A stretch of DNA of 63,444 nucleotides, the filler included, from Intoshia linei (taxonomy: Eukaryota; Animalia; Orthonectida), in the NCBI GenBank assembly GCA_001642005.1. It is 7 parts of 7 records of this genome, joined end to end, with 100 filler letters (N's around TTAATTAATTAA, not from the genome) between each part and the next. Parts side by side here need not be neighbours in the genome. Positions count along the whole stretch, not along the records: positions 11,220 to 36,441 come from LWCA01000505.1; 6 more parts are not named here. One strand, given 5' to 3'. Each line of letters starts with the position of its first letter. The stretch's first letter is position 1. The notes under the pieces are model-generated. The model was not told the DNA's origin and searched no databases. It worked only from the letters and a program-made list of their open reading frames with translations. The position numbers were made by a program, and so were the translations under genes. Of this stretch, positions 11,591 through 25,032 are shown piece by piece.

Positions 11591-14500
11591 TCATCCTTAA
11601 ATTCCAACATTTCTGTAATATTCTTGATTTGTTCAAAATGAAATGCCATATCTGTTGCCAACACCAATGTTATTGTTAATGATCGAAATTTTCTAATATT
11701 GTATTAAACAAAATTCATATCAGGTAATATTTATATACAAATATACAGATAAATCTGTAGTTCTTATAGCTACATTTATTAAAATAGACCAGGGGTGCAA
11801 AATTTGTCTCCTTACGGCCGCGGGCTGCCGTGGGTAATCCGTGTCATCATATTGAAATATATCATTTTACTTCAAATTCAAGGGAAATATTTTTATAAAA
11901 ATGTTATATTTTTGACATTGGCCACTTTCTCAATGTCAAATTAAATTTTGTGCGGTCGAAGTATCAATGAGTAAAGTAGCTTTGCGGCTAAATTGATAAA
12001 AAGGATTTTTCAAACGGATCGTTTAAACGTAAATAAAATAGAAAAAATTTCCAGTTTCACCATAACATTCAACACTAAAAACATTAACGTTTCAACTCCA
12101 GTAAATGCACCTCCATCAAGAGTGATATGTATTTTTAAATTTAACTAATATTAAATTACCTATACTGCTCAGCAGTCATATTGTAAAGAATATTACAATC
12201 TTTGTCTTGCAAAATTTTAAATGCGCTAGCAATATGATGATTTTCCAATACGGATGCATCATTGTACAATATAGCTAATTCAGATCTAAAGATTAAAATT
12301 TAATTAAATCCTTGGCCACTGGTTGCTCTCATAATGATTTTTTCTCAAAATAAATTAATATAGGATGGAGTAAAAAAAGACACACGATGAAGGATACACC
12401 ACTGTAACTGGAGGTGACCAGATAACGTAATTACCCACTATAATACTCTATCCGATATTTTATTAGTACTGTCATTATTAACCAATCATTAAAGTATATT
12501 TGAATACATTAAAAGTTAAAATATATGTCATCAAATACAAAATACAAATTTTAAAAAATTGAAAATACAATTTGTTGTGAACATTAAGTACATCTATATA
12601 CGAGTACGGTAACCCAATTAAGAAATTATTTTAAATACTGATAAAATTGTATTATTTTACCGTGTTGAAACATGAAAAGAATTATTTGTTCCTGTATGTT
12701 CATGATCATGTATAATAGCAGAAAAAATCAATGCAAAAATTTCTGTTGATGAAAGATAAATCTAAATTATAATAGAATGTTACTGATGTAAATGAAATAC
12801 AGAATAATTTGAACAGTAAGTAATAATGCTGTACACAGTTTGTGTCACATCAGATGCATGCATATTGTTGTGGTAAGGGTTATCATATTTTGAGTAACCT
12901 TCTTGTATTTTAATTATAAAGTTTTCAAATACTATGAGAGGAATCTATATTTTATTTTAGAGAATAAATGAACATAATTAGAATAATAAAATATCAACGT
13001 ATGATACGTTATGTATCCATTAAGTTTTTGCTTGAAAAAATTAAGAAAATATAAAAATATACTTAAATTTAGCTATTACTTAAATATGTATTAATTACTA
13101 AATTGTTCATCACAATGTCGTTACTGACTTTTTTCAAAAACGGTTTTTTAAATAGTGTTTATATTGAAAAATACACCCACCTATCTACTCTATATCAAAT
13201 TTTCTCAATTTTAAAACGATTTTGACACTCTAATAGACATTAACAAAAGAAATTGTGTACCATGGCTTATTTTTTTATTCATTAAGGCAGTAAAATATTT
13301 CCAAATCTACCTTAATGAACGACCAACGTATAAATTATGAATACCTTAAATATGTTAAAAACATCGAAAGTGTTCAACAGATAGCCACTTAGAAATCTTA
13401 GCGTATTGCCATTACACATAGAATCCAATTGAAATATGTCGTAATTCCAAAGGTGTGAATTCTAAAATGAATACTTTTTTTCTTTAGTATTAGTATTAAT
13501 ACATATTTCTTTAGAAGATATATTTAGATTCCGTAAAGGGTTTATAGTTTCAAAATCTGAAAAGGACTTAAACGGCGATGGTGTCTACGAAGCTGAAGGT
13601 CTACTTGTTATAATTATTAGTAAATAAATGTACAGCAAGTGTTATACTATAATTATTACATTAAAAAACATATTAACCCTTTCACTGTCTGTGTATTCTA
13701 TACCTGTAGTTCCCAAAAAAATGTATTGTCGACCCCCTAACAGTATACAAATATTTTTAGAGATAATCAATTAGTAAAAAATAGGGAATATGTTTATTAT
13801 ATTATTATAACAGCGATTAAAAACATTTCATCTTTTAATATTACTGGCTTTATTTTCGCTATAATTCATACTTATAGTAGATTAATATTAATATTATTAA
13901 TAAAGTTTATGACTTTTAGTTTCTATTTAAATTTGTATTCAAAATATTTTGAAAATAAGAATTTGAAATTTAAAAATTGCGAAGGACGAAATTTTATAAA
14001 TTTTCATCCAAATTGCTTTATTGGAAATGTGTAGACGTTCACTGCACATTTTTTTTTGAAATTGTAGGATCAATATTTACATTTTCCATTTTTATTTTAA
14101 TCAAAATATTTGAAAAATATTCGTTGATAATATATTTAAAATTATTTTTCACCGGGAATGCGTAGATTTCTGGGGTTGAAATTTTGTATTTATATCAACT
14201 GGAATAATCTCTATCAGAATAATTTTTTTTTAATTTTCGAACCGTTAATTATTTCACATTTTTTGTTTTAATAAAATATTTCGAAAAAAAAATATATGAA
14301 TACTAAAATGCTTTTTTGACCCGGAACTCGTCACTTATTCGGATTAAAATTTTCTGTGTGTTAACAGGATATAAATGTAAAACGTGTAAATTTTTTGAAA
14401 TTCTAGGGCTGTTTTCATTAAAAAAAGAAGGGTAATTTGGGGTTTTGGCACAATGAAGATATAATTTTTTTAAATTTAAATTTATGATAATATTTATTAT

Positions 14501-16987
14501 TTTAAAATCCATATCAGCATCAGTGGCGTAGCGTGACTTTTCTTACAAGGTGTTCGGGAATGGTTACTTGGGAACGTAACATTTTTAAATAAAGTTAAAA
14601 TAAATAGCGAATTATAAAGAAATGTTCATAAGGGGTCGAGAATACAGAAAATTTGGAAACCACTTCTATAAAGTATGCTTGAAAGATAACTTGTATTTGA
14701 TATGAATTTAATTTATTTCATTGTTGTATATAAAATTTTTGACCAATTAAAAATAGAATACTGTATTTAAATTAAAGTGGCCAAAAAAATACGTATTTTT
14801 AGTTTCTTTGGAATAAATTTTAAGCCGAAAATTTTTATTCGTCATCATAGATAAGTAGTTTTGGCTTTAAATTTAACACCAAATAAACTAAAAGTACGTA
14901 TTTTTTTGGCCACTTTATCTAAATCTATATCTAAGTGTAAGTTGTTCATTTTATTTTTAACACCTTGAGTAAAATTTGACAATGTAAATCTCTATAAAAA
15001 ATATTATCATATTATAAATGTGAGCATAAATTTATCATTAAGCTACTATGAAATTGTGTCCGCTAAATTTTCAAGACACCTTAAGTTAAGTATAATTTTA
15101 TAATTTAAATTTCTATAAAAAATATTTAACCAATTTTTCCGATGTACAAATTTATTCTAATTGAAATTTATTATCAGTTTAAAATTTTTTTGTACTGATG
15201 TTTTTTAAAAATAGATTTTAACAGATAATTTATTATTGACCTTTTATATGAATATCGAATATGAACTATGATGTGATATCGAACTTAAATTATAAAAATT
15301 ATGTTATTTATTAAATATAATTTTTTTAAATTTTAAATTGTCTAGTGTTTGGCGAACACCTTGCACACTATGACGCTACGCCACTGATCAGCATATATAA
15401 TTTTTTAAATTCTCCAACTCGTTTGATTTTTAAAAAAAGGGACAATTGGGGTTTTTGACCCGTAAGATATGCGTTTGGAAGGTTGAAATTATGTTTGCGA
15501 ACACCGCGGAAAAAACTGTAATTGAAATGTGGACTTTATAAAATTTTAAGACGGTAATTATTTAAATAAAGTTGAACACACACACGCACAAACAAAAATG
15601 GCTAGCATATTATATAAGTTAGGACAACACTACTATATATTAGATAATGTAAGTAATATCGTATCTTCAATAGTACAGAATTACACTAGAAATATTTACC
15701 ACTATAAGGATATTAAATATATAATTAAATATTATAAGTTTATAGAATCTTATATATCAGACGTCATGACGATTGTAAATTAACATAATTTATTCATTTA
15801 GAAATTTTTATTGTAACTAATTTAACAAAGTTACCCATGTAAATGAAATACAGTGAAACCTCTTTATAAAAAACCTCTCTATAAACAAATTATTATGCTT
15901 TTAAAAATATATCAATCGTATATAATTTGTTTGTTACATTTTCACATGTCAAAGTTTAGTTTTTATGGAATTTTTATGACACTTATCACGCTTTTTTGAT
16001 ACTCCAAAAAACAAATTAGTCGTTAAATTTTCAAAATCGTTTGTTTATAAAGAGGTTTTACTGTATAATGTACTATTTTACTTGAATATCACTTCGAACC
16101 AATGTAGGTATATTATATAAAATACTTTTCTTTTGAATACTAATAGAATATTAAAATTAAATTTTTGATAATAAACTTTGAAATAATGTGCCCGAAGCGT
16201 ATAACATTAACAATGCATCTAAATCTTTTTATTTCAGGTTTTATATTCGATTGTGTGTTTTTATGGAAAGTAGTATATAACCATCTTTTAACTTCTTGTG
16301 GCAATTTTTGATTATCACGTCCTTTATAATCAATTATATTGAATATGCGTCTACATTAATCAATTTATTAGTTCATTGTGGACATATCGTCAAAGGCCAC
16401 TTATAAAATACTTTTTTACATTTTAACATTTTATACACAAATTTTAATATTTATCAGTGCTAAATATTAAATGATAAATTATCATTATCATATGTATTTA
16501 CGGGATAATACGAATTAATATGCCTGAGATTCGTTAGATGATTATTAATTATTATAATGATTTTTGATTATAAAATTCGATAATAATTTAACATATTACA
16601 CAAATTAGTTAATAATTTTTTACTTTTTTTCGTTTTTATGAGCCATATCAAGCATCTGTGATGCAAGTTTAAAATTTTCAAGTATAAGCTGCTTGTTAAC
16701 TTTTTTCTTTTTTTCAATAAAATTTATAATGCTTTTAATCCTAGACATGTAAAAAATTAAAAAATAATGAACCTTTCAGATAATTCATGCAATTGTTTTA
16801 TGCAATGAGTATTTGAAAAAACAAATTCCCCCAATTCTTCCTTAAATTTTTTAACTTCAAGCCAGTTTTCCTTTTTCAGATGCTTCCTATAAATACTTTG
16901 TTGATTCAATCTTTCCAAATGATCAGCGCGTATTTCACATTTAATTTTTCCATTAGGCGTAGTATAATGGGATACTGGAACACCCAT
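11591..16987 (-). CDS. PDE1: Ca2+/calmodulin-dependent cyclic nucleotide phosphodiesterase 1; 3' exons not found
   Basis: Exons encode [49 protein letters not shown] (PDE1 N-terminal/CaM-binding region), [90 protein letters not shown]. Confidence 0.92.
11790..11995. mobile_element. hAT MITE family A, partial copy in PDE1 intron
   Basis: AATAGAC|CAGGGGTGCAAAA...GGCCGCGGGCTGCCGTGGG; matches 53835 directly and 55297-55593 in reverse. Confidence 0.7.
14521..15386. mobile_element. hAT non-autonomous element with perfect 8-bp TSD
   Basis: TIR CAGTGGCGTAGCGT ... ACGCTACGCCACTG; TSD ATCAGCAT at 14513-14520 and 15387-15394. Other Helitron copies are empty at this site. Confidence 0.92.
14773..14917. 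mobile_element. 145-bp MITE nested in the hAT element
   Basis: About 40-bp TIR starting TAAAGTGGCCAAAAAAATACGTA; degenerate reversed copy at about 19719-19822. Confidence 0.8.
15851..16063. mobile_element. Tc1/pogo (Tigger-like) MITE
   Basis: TA|CAGTGAAACCTCTTTATAAA ... TTTATAAAGAGGTTTTACTG|TA. Confidence 0.85.
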
Positions 16988-17951
16988 CTTTATCTATTCA
17001 AAATTAAAATTTTGATTTTAAAATTCCCTACAACTATTTCAATGAATTCCACTATTTATATAATTATTAGTCAATATTCAGTTTACTTTATTAAATTTAA
17101 TTAACATATTGACTTTTATAATTATATTTGACTTTATCTATAGTGTATATATTTAAATTTATTGAGATACATGAAACTTGCAAGTCAAAATAATAATACA
17201 TTATTTAACATGTATCTAATTTATGTACTAATAATGTTTTTTTATCAATAATCAATAATTAGTTTTATTTATTTGTATCTGATATTTAGTAATTTTGTAA
17301 TTAAAATCTATTCCTTTTACCATCAAATTTATTTAATAAATATTAGTGCGTTCTAATCATTATAAATTATATGAATAATCAATACTATTTAAAAGTCGGA
17401 TGTTTTTACTCCAAAAATTTTAAATTTAAGTCAATATCAAAATTACAACAACAAATAAAACCAAATAATGAAATTATGCGAATTAGTATATTATAATATT
17501 AATATATAATTATTAATATAATATATACGTTTTTTCAAAGAATTAAAGAAATAATGTGCACATGGTTTATTTCCAGTATAGGTTACATTTCAGTAGCGTA
17601 TATCATTTAATAATCTTACACAAATGATTATTATCATTATCATAAATATGAACTAAATTTATCAATTTTTTATACATTTTATAGGATTAGTATTTATAAG
17701 TAACAGTCTCTCTTCCTTGTTTCATACAGGCTGTATGTACTTTAGGGTGTCACACGTATTCAAGAATCAAGAGCGATTAGTGCGCATCTAGTGTATTTGC
17801 GTGTAAAATAAAATAATCGAAATAAAATATTGTAAAAATGTCGATTCGAGTGGCGTTGTTCAGTATTAATTTTTCTATAACGTCCATACTTACGTATTGT
17901 ATATAAAGTTAATATAGCTATAAATGTGTTCAATATTTCTGTTTGTAACTA

Positions 17952-18122
17952 CAGTAATATCTCGATATAGTCACGTTCGATTACTTCAATTTTAATTTAT
18001 TTGAGTTAAATGTAAAGCCAAAATTACATATATATGATTGCAACAAATATTTTTGGCTTAAAATTATTTTTAAATAAACTAAAATTTAAGTAATCGAACG
18101 TGACTATATCGAGATATCACTG
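17952..18122. mobile_element. Tc1/pogo (Tigger-like) MITE
   Basis: TA|CAGTAATATCTCGATATAGTCACGTTCGATTACT ... AGTAATCGAACGTGACTATATCGAGATATCACTG|TA; a half copy ends at about 44156. Confidence 0.9.
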
Positions 18123-18520
18123 TATTAATATTAAAAACTGAGCTTAGATAAAATTTAATATGCGAAAATTTTTAGTCATTTTTTTTCCACGTAGAAAGTA
18201 AGATAAATTTAACTTTCCGAATTTTGCATCTGCGCGTCAAAAACGAATTTTAATAAAATTTTGTGTATTTAATAATGCGTAAAAGTATACACCTGGAAAC
18301 GTCCACTCTTGGCAGACCTAGCTACTATTTCTACAAATTAAATACTGGAAAAGCTGCTTATAATATATATTAATTATTCATTTAATCACTAGAGAGATAA
18401 ATATATCAGCCACATGTTATTGTTTTGTTTACATAAACAATAAATACATCTTTGTAAATGTTTTATTTAAAATTAACTTTAAAAATAATAAAAATTTAAA
18501 GTCGAACCATAATCTAAGTA

Positions 18521-21500
18521 ATGGAAGAATTATTAATACATTCGAAATATCAATCTAAACTTTTTTGTACAATATACAACAACCGTTATTTACTGAAATG
18601 GATAATTTTATTGTTTAGCAGTATATTGGGTAATTTATTTATTATTTATAAATCTATATAAATTAATTTTTTATTTTTATCCATCAACCTTAGAATATAC
18701 ATTTTAAAAATTCAGAGGTTTGTAAAAATCGTGTCATAAGAGATTTATAAACATTGGAAAAATATATAGTAAATGCACGTAATACTATTGTTGCATGTAT
18801 ATAATATAATCCAATTTATTATTTGAGTATATACGGAATTTCGCTATGGATATTTTTTTATTAAAAGTCAATGTATTTATTCAACTATGCTTGGCGAGAT
18901 ATAATAAGTTCATATAACTAAAATTATAATTTAATAGCATTCACAATAAGACTTAGTTCAGTATTAATTTATGAGTCTGTTATACATGAATACGATCCAT
19001 ATTTCAATTACAGAACAACTAAATATCTCTCTAAAAATGGATATTATAATTTTCATAATTGGTTTGATGAAAAAGCATGGTACCCACTTGGAAGGGTAAT
19101 TTTAACTATTTTTATTTTTAAAAATAATACAGTCCAAGTATTTTGACAAATTTTAACCGAATTGATTTATTTAATTAGTAATTATTAATTTAATTGATAA
19201 TTATCCATTATAACGGAATCGATTTGCTGTTTAATATTTCTTTGTTAATAAATAAAATTTCATCCGGTTAGTGAAGTGTTACTATCAAAAAATTCCTTAT
19301 AAAGGAATTAATCAATTTATACAAATCAAAAATTCAATTTTTTTGAACTTGGACTGCATATAATCTATGGATATATAAAAATGTTTGATAATTATTTTTT
19401 AGATTGTTGGAACTACTATATATCCTGGTAATTGAAATTATATAATCAATATTTATTAATCATATCTTTATGAAAACTAAGTTCTAACTATTTAGTAAAC
19501 ATTAAATACTTATATATAATATATAAGTGATAATGATAATATTTAGGATTAATGATCACATCTACTGCTATTATGCATTTCTTGGACTTTATTCAATTTC
19601 CATTACACATAAAAGACATTTGTGTATTTCTTGCACCTCTTTTTTCTGCGTTTACAGTTATATCCATTTATTTATTGACTAACGAGATACAAGTAATTTT
19701 AATATTTTTAGTTTATGTAAAGTGTCTAAAACTACTTATCTATAATGAAGAATAAAAATTTTCGGCTTACAATTTATTCCAAATAAACTAAAAGTGATAG
19801 TCTGTATTTTTTAGCTACTTTAGTTTATGATAAGTTTATGTTACACGGGATAAACTTTATCCCGTGTAACATAATCAATTATTTATCTAACGTTTTCGGG
19901 TTTTGAGAAAATTAGTAGCAGAAATGTAAAAATATTTTAAAAAAATGAATAATTGTATTTTATTAATTTTTTAAGTTGTAAGTATAAATGTATTTTTCGA
20001 TAAAAACTTTGTACTACATGTCAATGGTTATTTTAACAAATCTTTACAACTATGTAAATTGTAAATATTTGAAACCAATAAACGAATAATAGTAATAGTG
20101 ACATCAAACTATACACAAATAATATCCAACAGTGCTTACTACATTATTAAATTGTATTAGTTATGATTATCACATAATATTGCTCCAATGAAAATTTGAA
20201 TATTTAAACTCCATTACATTTTTAAGTATTTGCTATTTACATCATTATACATTATATTGTATTATAAAGTATATATTATTATATATCTTGTATGTTGCAG
20301 CATAATATCATTAGTTTAATCCAATCCTAATGATATATTTAAATCATTCATGCTCAATTTTGACAGTATAATTTTAGATAGTTTCTTATAATCTAGAGTT
20401 GTGCATTCATATATCGACAATCATTTAAAGTTGTATTATGAATTAATTAAATTAATCAATGTTTTTCTTAACTTTTAACTTACACTACAATGTAATTTAT
20501 TTACAGTTAATTGATAATTACTATTATCATTTAAAGTTGTTTAATTGTCTTTAAACTGCTTTTAAAAATATTTAACTAAATGATTTTAAATTTCATCATT
20601 TTTATTTGTATCCAAGACCGTGGAAAGGGCCATGGGCCACACCACCCAGGCATAAAATCATGAAAGGTTTACTATTTTAAATTAATTTTATGATTACCAA
20701 TGCGATTTTTAATTATTTGTAATTTTTAGACAATAAACGATTGATCAAACAATTTATAGATGTCTCATTTTAAAAAAATACACGGAACCTACAATTTCCA
20801 TTTGACCGGGCCCACTGATGACTCTTCACGGTCTTGTTAGTATCACCATTATACTAGAAATAAAACTGGAATTTCAACCATTTTAAAATTTTTAAAATAA
20901 ATTAATACTTTTTAATCGAAATTTTTTTTAATTTGTAATGCAAATTTTAATCTTACATGCAATATCTTATCCATATATAAAGTAAAACTATATCTAATTG
21001 ATCTCGTATATGTATATATATCGTATAAATTAATTCTATAATGCCTTTTAATTTTAATTGTTCATTAACTTTTTATATATTTTGATAATCATAATTTATA
21101 GGGTACCAAATCAGCATTACTTGCGTCAGCATTAATGTCTATAGTACCGGCATACATATCAAGGTCGGTTGCCGGTTCATATGACAATGAAGGAATAGCA
21201 ATATTCTGCATGTTAATTACATACTACCTATGGATAAAAAGTGTTAAAACGGGATCGATGTTTTGGGCGTCTATTACCGCATTAGCCTACTTTTATATGG
21301 TATCAATAAATAAAAATTATATAATAATTATAATCTTAATTATAATGTCATTTATACAGTAGTTGCAAAAAGTTAACGTTTTAATGTTTTCCATAGTAGT
21401 TGAATAGTTGTTTATAGATACAATAAATTTACATATTTCATTGTAAAAACGTTGGTAATTTCATTGTAAAATAAAGAAATATTTACACGTATATCTGAAA

Positions 21501-24500
21501 TAAAGGTAATAATAATTGAAGATATAATTCTTAATTTAATAATGATACAACAATAACTTTATAATGCCAAAGAATAAACCATTTTCGGAGGATTTAAAAG
21601 AATCAATTATAAAATCACATGAAAGGGGTGATAAACCCTCTGAAATAGCGAGAATGTTCAAATTAAAATTATCATCAGTAACAACAATAATTTTGAAATA
21701 TAAAAAATATGGCACAATTAATGTATTGCCTCGAAGTGGTCGACCAAGTAAAATAAATAGAATGACAGAGCGCCATATATTAAGGAGTTTAGCCAAAAAT
21801 CCACGACTACGATTAAATGATATAAAAGAGGATATAAAAAATTTGGGAACTGATGTATGCCTCTCGACTGTCTCAAATTTACTTCATTACAATGATTTAT
21901 TTGGACGAACAGCAAGGCATAAACCCCTTTTAAAAAAGTCACACAAAATTGCTAGTCCAGAGTCTAGTTGATTCAACTAGTCCAATAAATACATTGAAAT
22001 AAGCGATGATTAGATTAAGAGGATAATTTGGTTTGACGAGACCAAAATTGAGTTGTTTGGAAGAAATTCTAATCGATTTGTCTTCCGTAAAGCAAAGGAG
22101 GAATACCAAGAAAAAAATCTGATTCCTACTGTAAAGTATGGTGGCGTTAGTATGATCAGTCAAAATTGGTCATGCAATGTTTGTCTGACAATGACATCGA
22201 TGTGCTGGATTGGCCCAGTCAATCACCAGACCTCAATCCCATCGAAAATTTATGGGCTGAACTGAAAAGAAGGGTGGCCGCCAGAAGCCCCAACAATTTG
22301 AAAGAACTTGAAAAATACGTTTATGAAGAATGGAAGAACATACCTAATGATGTTTGTGAAGGTTTGGTTAATAGATACAATCGACGTCTCGTTGCTACAT
22401 TAGCAGTAAAAGGAGGAACGACAAAATATTGATTACAACGTAAACTTTTTGTAATGATTAAAAATTCGTTTATTTTTGATTTTTGTCGTATTTCTATATT
22501 TTTTTGGTGCTTATATCTTATAAAACACTTGAACATTCACTCTTTATACACACAAAATTAATGTCACTGAGTGTTAAGGTAGTATTTATAGAAATTTAAA
22601 TACAACGTTTAACTTTTTGAAACTACTGTATCAATGATTATTTAAATAGGTTTCATCGTGGGGAGGATATGTCTTCCTGATTAATCTCATTCCATTACAT
22701 GTTCTCGCACTCATGATTATGCAAAAATTTGATAGTAAAATATATATTGCTTATACAACGGTGATTTTTATTTATGATTATTAATATTTATATACATATG
22801 CTTTTATAAAGTATTAATATCAATTTTAATTGTAACGTTTATATATTGAATATACTTATTTAATGTATTCTTAAACAATACAGTATACTTGTCTAGTTTT
22901 ATTCAATTGGAACATTACTATCAATGCAAATTGCTTTTGTTGGTGATTTACCTTCATTTACCAGTGAACATATGGGAGCATTGGGTGTATTTGGTCTATG
23001 TCAGATTGTAAATTTTATCAAATATTTAAATGGCACTTTTTCTCGAAAAAATGTATTGTACCTTTTTAAAATCTCTATTGCCATTTTCTCTGTTCTTTGT
23101 ATAGTTCTTATATCTTATCTTATGGCTACACATAGTAAAATTTAAAATTAATATAACGCTACCATGTAGCGGCTACAAATTATTACAATTAAACAATAAC
23201 ATATTTAGGAATTGCTCCTTGGGTTGGACGTTTCTATTCATTCATAGACCCTTCGTATGCCCGAAACAATATTCCTATTATTGCATCCGTATCGGAACAT
23301 CAACCTACTGCATGGGCTTCATTCTTTTTTGATCTCCAGTTCATGTTATTTGCATTTCCAGGTACTTTTGAATACTTCATAATATAATAAATGCATATAT
23401 ATATAATACAAATGTATATGTATATTATATATAATTAGCTGGAATTTTTATTTATTTCAAAAAATTGAATAAACTCAATGTTTTCTTGATAATATACGCT
23501 GTTACAACAATATACTTTACGGGTGTCATGATACGTTTAATGTTGGTACTGGCACCAATAATGTGTATCGTCAGTAGTGCAAGTATATCTGGTGTTTTGT
23601 CAAATTTTAGCAAGTTTAGTAGCAAAAAAGAATCTCCATCTTATTTTCATCAAATTAAAGTATATTTATATTTTAACAATAGAGTATTACGTCAATAAAA
23701 AATAATTTAAAATTTGATAATTAGATTCTAATTAAATTGATTTGATGGTTAGTTTTGAAATAAACAATAAATAATTTAATTTAGATGAATTTATTGGTTT
23801 CATCGACTGTGGGGTTTTTATTAATCTATTACAGCTTCCATTGTATTTGGATCGCTTCAGTCGCGTATTCTAATCCATCAATTATTTTATCGGCAAAAAT
23901 GCCAGACAGTTCCTTATACATAATTGATGATTACAGAGAAGCATACAATTGGCTCAAACACAACACACCTGAAGATTCCAAAGTTTTGGCATGGTTTATT
24001 TTAAACCTTAAATTATTATAGATGATTTATGTTCGACTAAATTACAATCATTGCAATCCCATAGATAATCATTATACTTATATCAAAGTTCTATTTCATT
24101 TTAAGTGGTTAAATTATTTTTTAACCATGAATGTGTCATTTTAAGATATTTTAAGTGGCCTATTGGAGCCCGGTTAAAAATTACACATACGTACAAGTGT
24201 AGATGGATTTATATAATTGTAAGATTCTTAGATTTTACAGTAGAGTGGAACATACAGACACACACACATGAGCAGATTTTATACAAGTTATGATGTATAT
24301 TCAAACTTATAAATGTATCTTAAATTTTGTTGTTCAAAATTTTTTTTTATTTTTGGGGACAAAATAACTTTTCTAACATCAAAAGTTTTTTTGAATTTTT
24401 AAATCCTTTATTTTTATTGAATTATAGGTGGGATTATGGATATCAAATAACGCAAATGGCAAACAGAACAGTACTAGTTGATAACAATACATGGAACAAC

Positions 24501-25032
24501 ACACAAATAGCTTTAGTTGGACAGGTTTTTAGAGTGTTAATTTGATTAAATATATATAGGTTTTTGCCTTACCTGAAAAAAAAGCATACAAAATATTGTC
24601 TAAAATGGATGTTAATTATATACTCGTTGTATTTGGTGGATCCATAGGTTACGGCTCAGATGATATAAACAAGTTTTACTGGATAGTTAAAATTGCTGGA
24701 AGTATACCGGAAGGAAAGAATTTACATGAACACGATTATTTTGGAAATGGTTTACGAATCGATAAACATGCCTCAAAGGCCATGAAAGAGAGTGTTATAT
24801 ATAAAACTTCTTATCATCGATTTACTCAGAAAAATACAGTTAAGGGTAATTTTTATATTTAAATTATAGAATTAAATTTTAATAATAATAAATAATCATA
24901 GATCAACCACCTGGATTCGACCGTGTACGAAATCAAGTGGCTCAAGACGTAAAATTAGAATTATTGGAGGAAGCATACACCACAAAACATTGGATAATTA
25001 GAATTTTTAAAGTTAAAAAGGATGAATCGTAA
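18521..25032 (+). CDS. STT3A: Oligosaccharyltransferase catalytic subunit STT3 (A-type), 13 exons
   Basis: Exons 18521-18629, 18938-19095, 19403-19427, 19547-19692, 21102-21299, 22650-22760, 22897-23134, 23209-23361, 23439-23659, 23785-23993, 24428-24524, 24560-24846, 24902-25032. Motifs [101 protein letters not shown] and FHNWFD favour the A paralog. Confidence 0.95.
19130..19356. mobile_element. Tc1/pogo-type MITE in STT3A intron
   Basis: TA|CAGTCCAAGT ... ACTTGGACTG (10-bp inverted ends). Confidence 0.55.
20613..20836. mobile_element. hAT MITE in STT3A intron
   Basis: CAAGACCGTG ... CACGGTCTTG; 8-bp TSD TTTGTATC/TTAGTATC (1 mismatch). Confidence 0.75.
21357..22628 (+). mobile_element. 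Tc1-family transposon, internally deleted and frameshifted, in STT3A intron
   Basis: TA TSDs; TIR CAGTAGTT(G/T)CAAAAAGTTAA. ORF 21564-21971 is the paired-like HTH (GRPSK). Later frames give IWFDETK, PTVKYGG and [15 protein letters not shown]...GGTTKY. The segment with the second catalytic D (QQDND-type) is missing. Confidence 0.95.

Larger units (their letters stand above)
13960..15620 (-). mobile_element. Non-autonomous Helitron family copy, interrupted by a hAT MITE
   Basis: Long identity to 29970-31200, 42800-43765 and 46980-47860 (GAAATTGTAGGATCAATATTTACATTTT, CACCGGGAATGCGTAGATTTCTGGGGTTGAAA, (CA)n tract near the end). Confidence 0.8.

Noticed and set aside
17700-17860. Slightly GC-richer patch between the divergent PDE1 and STT3A starts, considered as ncRNA or promoter
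   Set aside because: No tRNA boxes, Sm site or recognisable fold; unsupported without expression data.
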